In this document: positions 63,688-64,000 of the stretch, in pieces
Layout of the letters: every line of letters starts with the position of its first letter
How positions within the stretch are numbered: position 1 is the stretch's first letter
Origin: the human T2T-CHM13v2.0 reference genome, Homo sapiens
Assembly: GCF_009914755.1 (NCBI RefSeq)
Contig: NC_060926.1
DNA: 64,000 nucleotides
Direction: 5' to 3' (one strand)
The notes under the pieces: model-generated
Databases searched by the model: none
What the model was told of the DNA's origin: nothing
Seen by the model: only the letters and a program-made list of their open reading frames with translations
Position numbers and translations under genes: made by a program

Positions 63688-64000
63688 CACTTGACTCTCC
63701 TTATCCATGGTTCTGCATCTGCGGATTCAAACAACCATGGATCAAAAATATTAAAAAAATAAATTAATTAAAAGACAAGAATAAAAAATATCAAGAGCAA
63801 AAGATACAATATGACAAATATTTACATAGAATTCATGTTGTATTAGGTATTATAAGTAATTGGAGATTATTTGAAGTTTATGAGAGGAGGGGTGTAGGTT
63901 ATATGTAAATACTACCCCATTTTATATAAGGGACTTGAGTATCCCTGAATTTTGGTATCCTCAGGAGTCTTGGAGCCAACCACCCACAGATACAAAGGGA
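63688..64000. mobile_element. MER2/MER2B MITE (runs to window edge)
   Basis: 'ttctgcatctgcggattcaa.caacc...gtattaggtattataagtaat...ccattttatataagggacttgag...ttttggtatc'. Confidence 0.8.

Overview
This is AT-rich, repeat-dominated primate genomic DNA. It is most likely human or another African great ape: it carries AluY/AluS elements and two L1PA3/L1PA2-type LINE-1s lacking the 129-bp ZNF93-binding segment. I cannot support any cellular protein-coding exon, and the window reads as intergenic or deep intronic. Two near-full-length young L1s lie 14 kb apart in inverted, head-to-head orientation. L1-A (24981-31000, minus) sits inside a near-complete Tigger2 transposon, has an uninterrupted 1275-aa ORF2 and a broken ORF1, and lacks the first ~21 nt, including the YY1 site. 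L1-B (45049-50917, plus) is dead in both ORFs and sits inside an older, apparently twin-primed (5'-inverted) L1MA. The two L1s share many substitutions that I recall as non-consensus. Other points of interest are a 59-bp inverted templated copy of a nearby MER20 inside an MLT1A provirus, a tailless 5S rRNA retropseudogene in a three-level nest, and a cluster of AT-rich palindromes at 53.8-54.1 kb. Repeat family names come from my recall of consensus sequences, not from a database search. I found no evidence for a wholly new biological system; the leads concern retrotransposition, DNA repair and L1 regulation.
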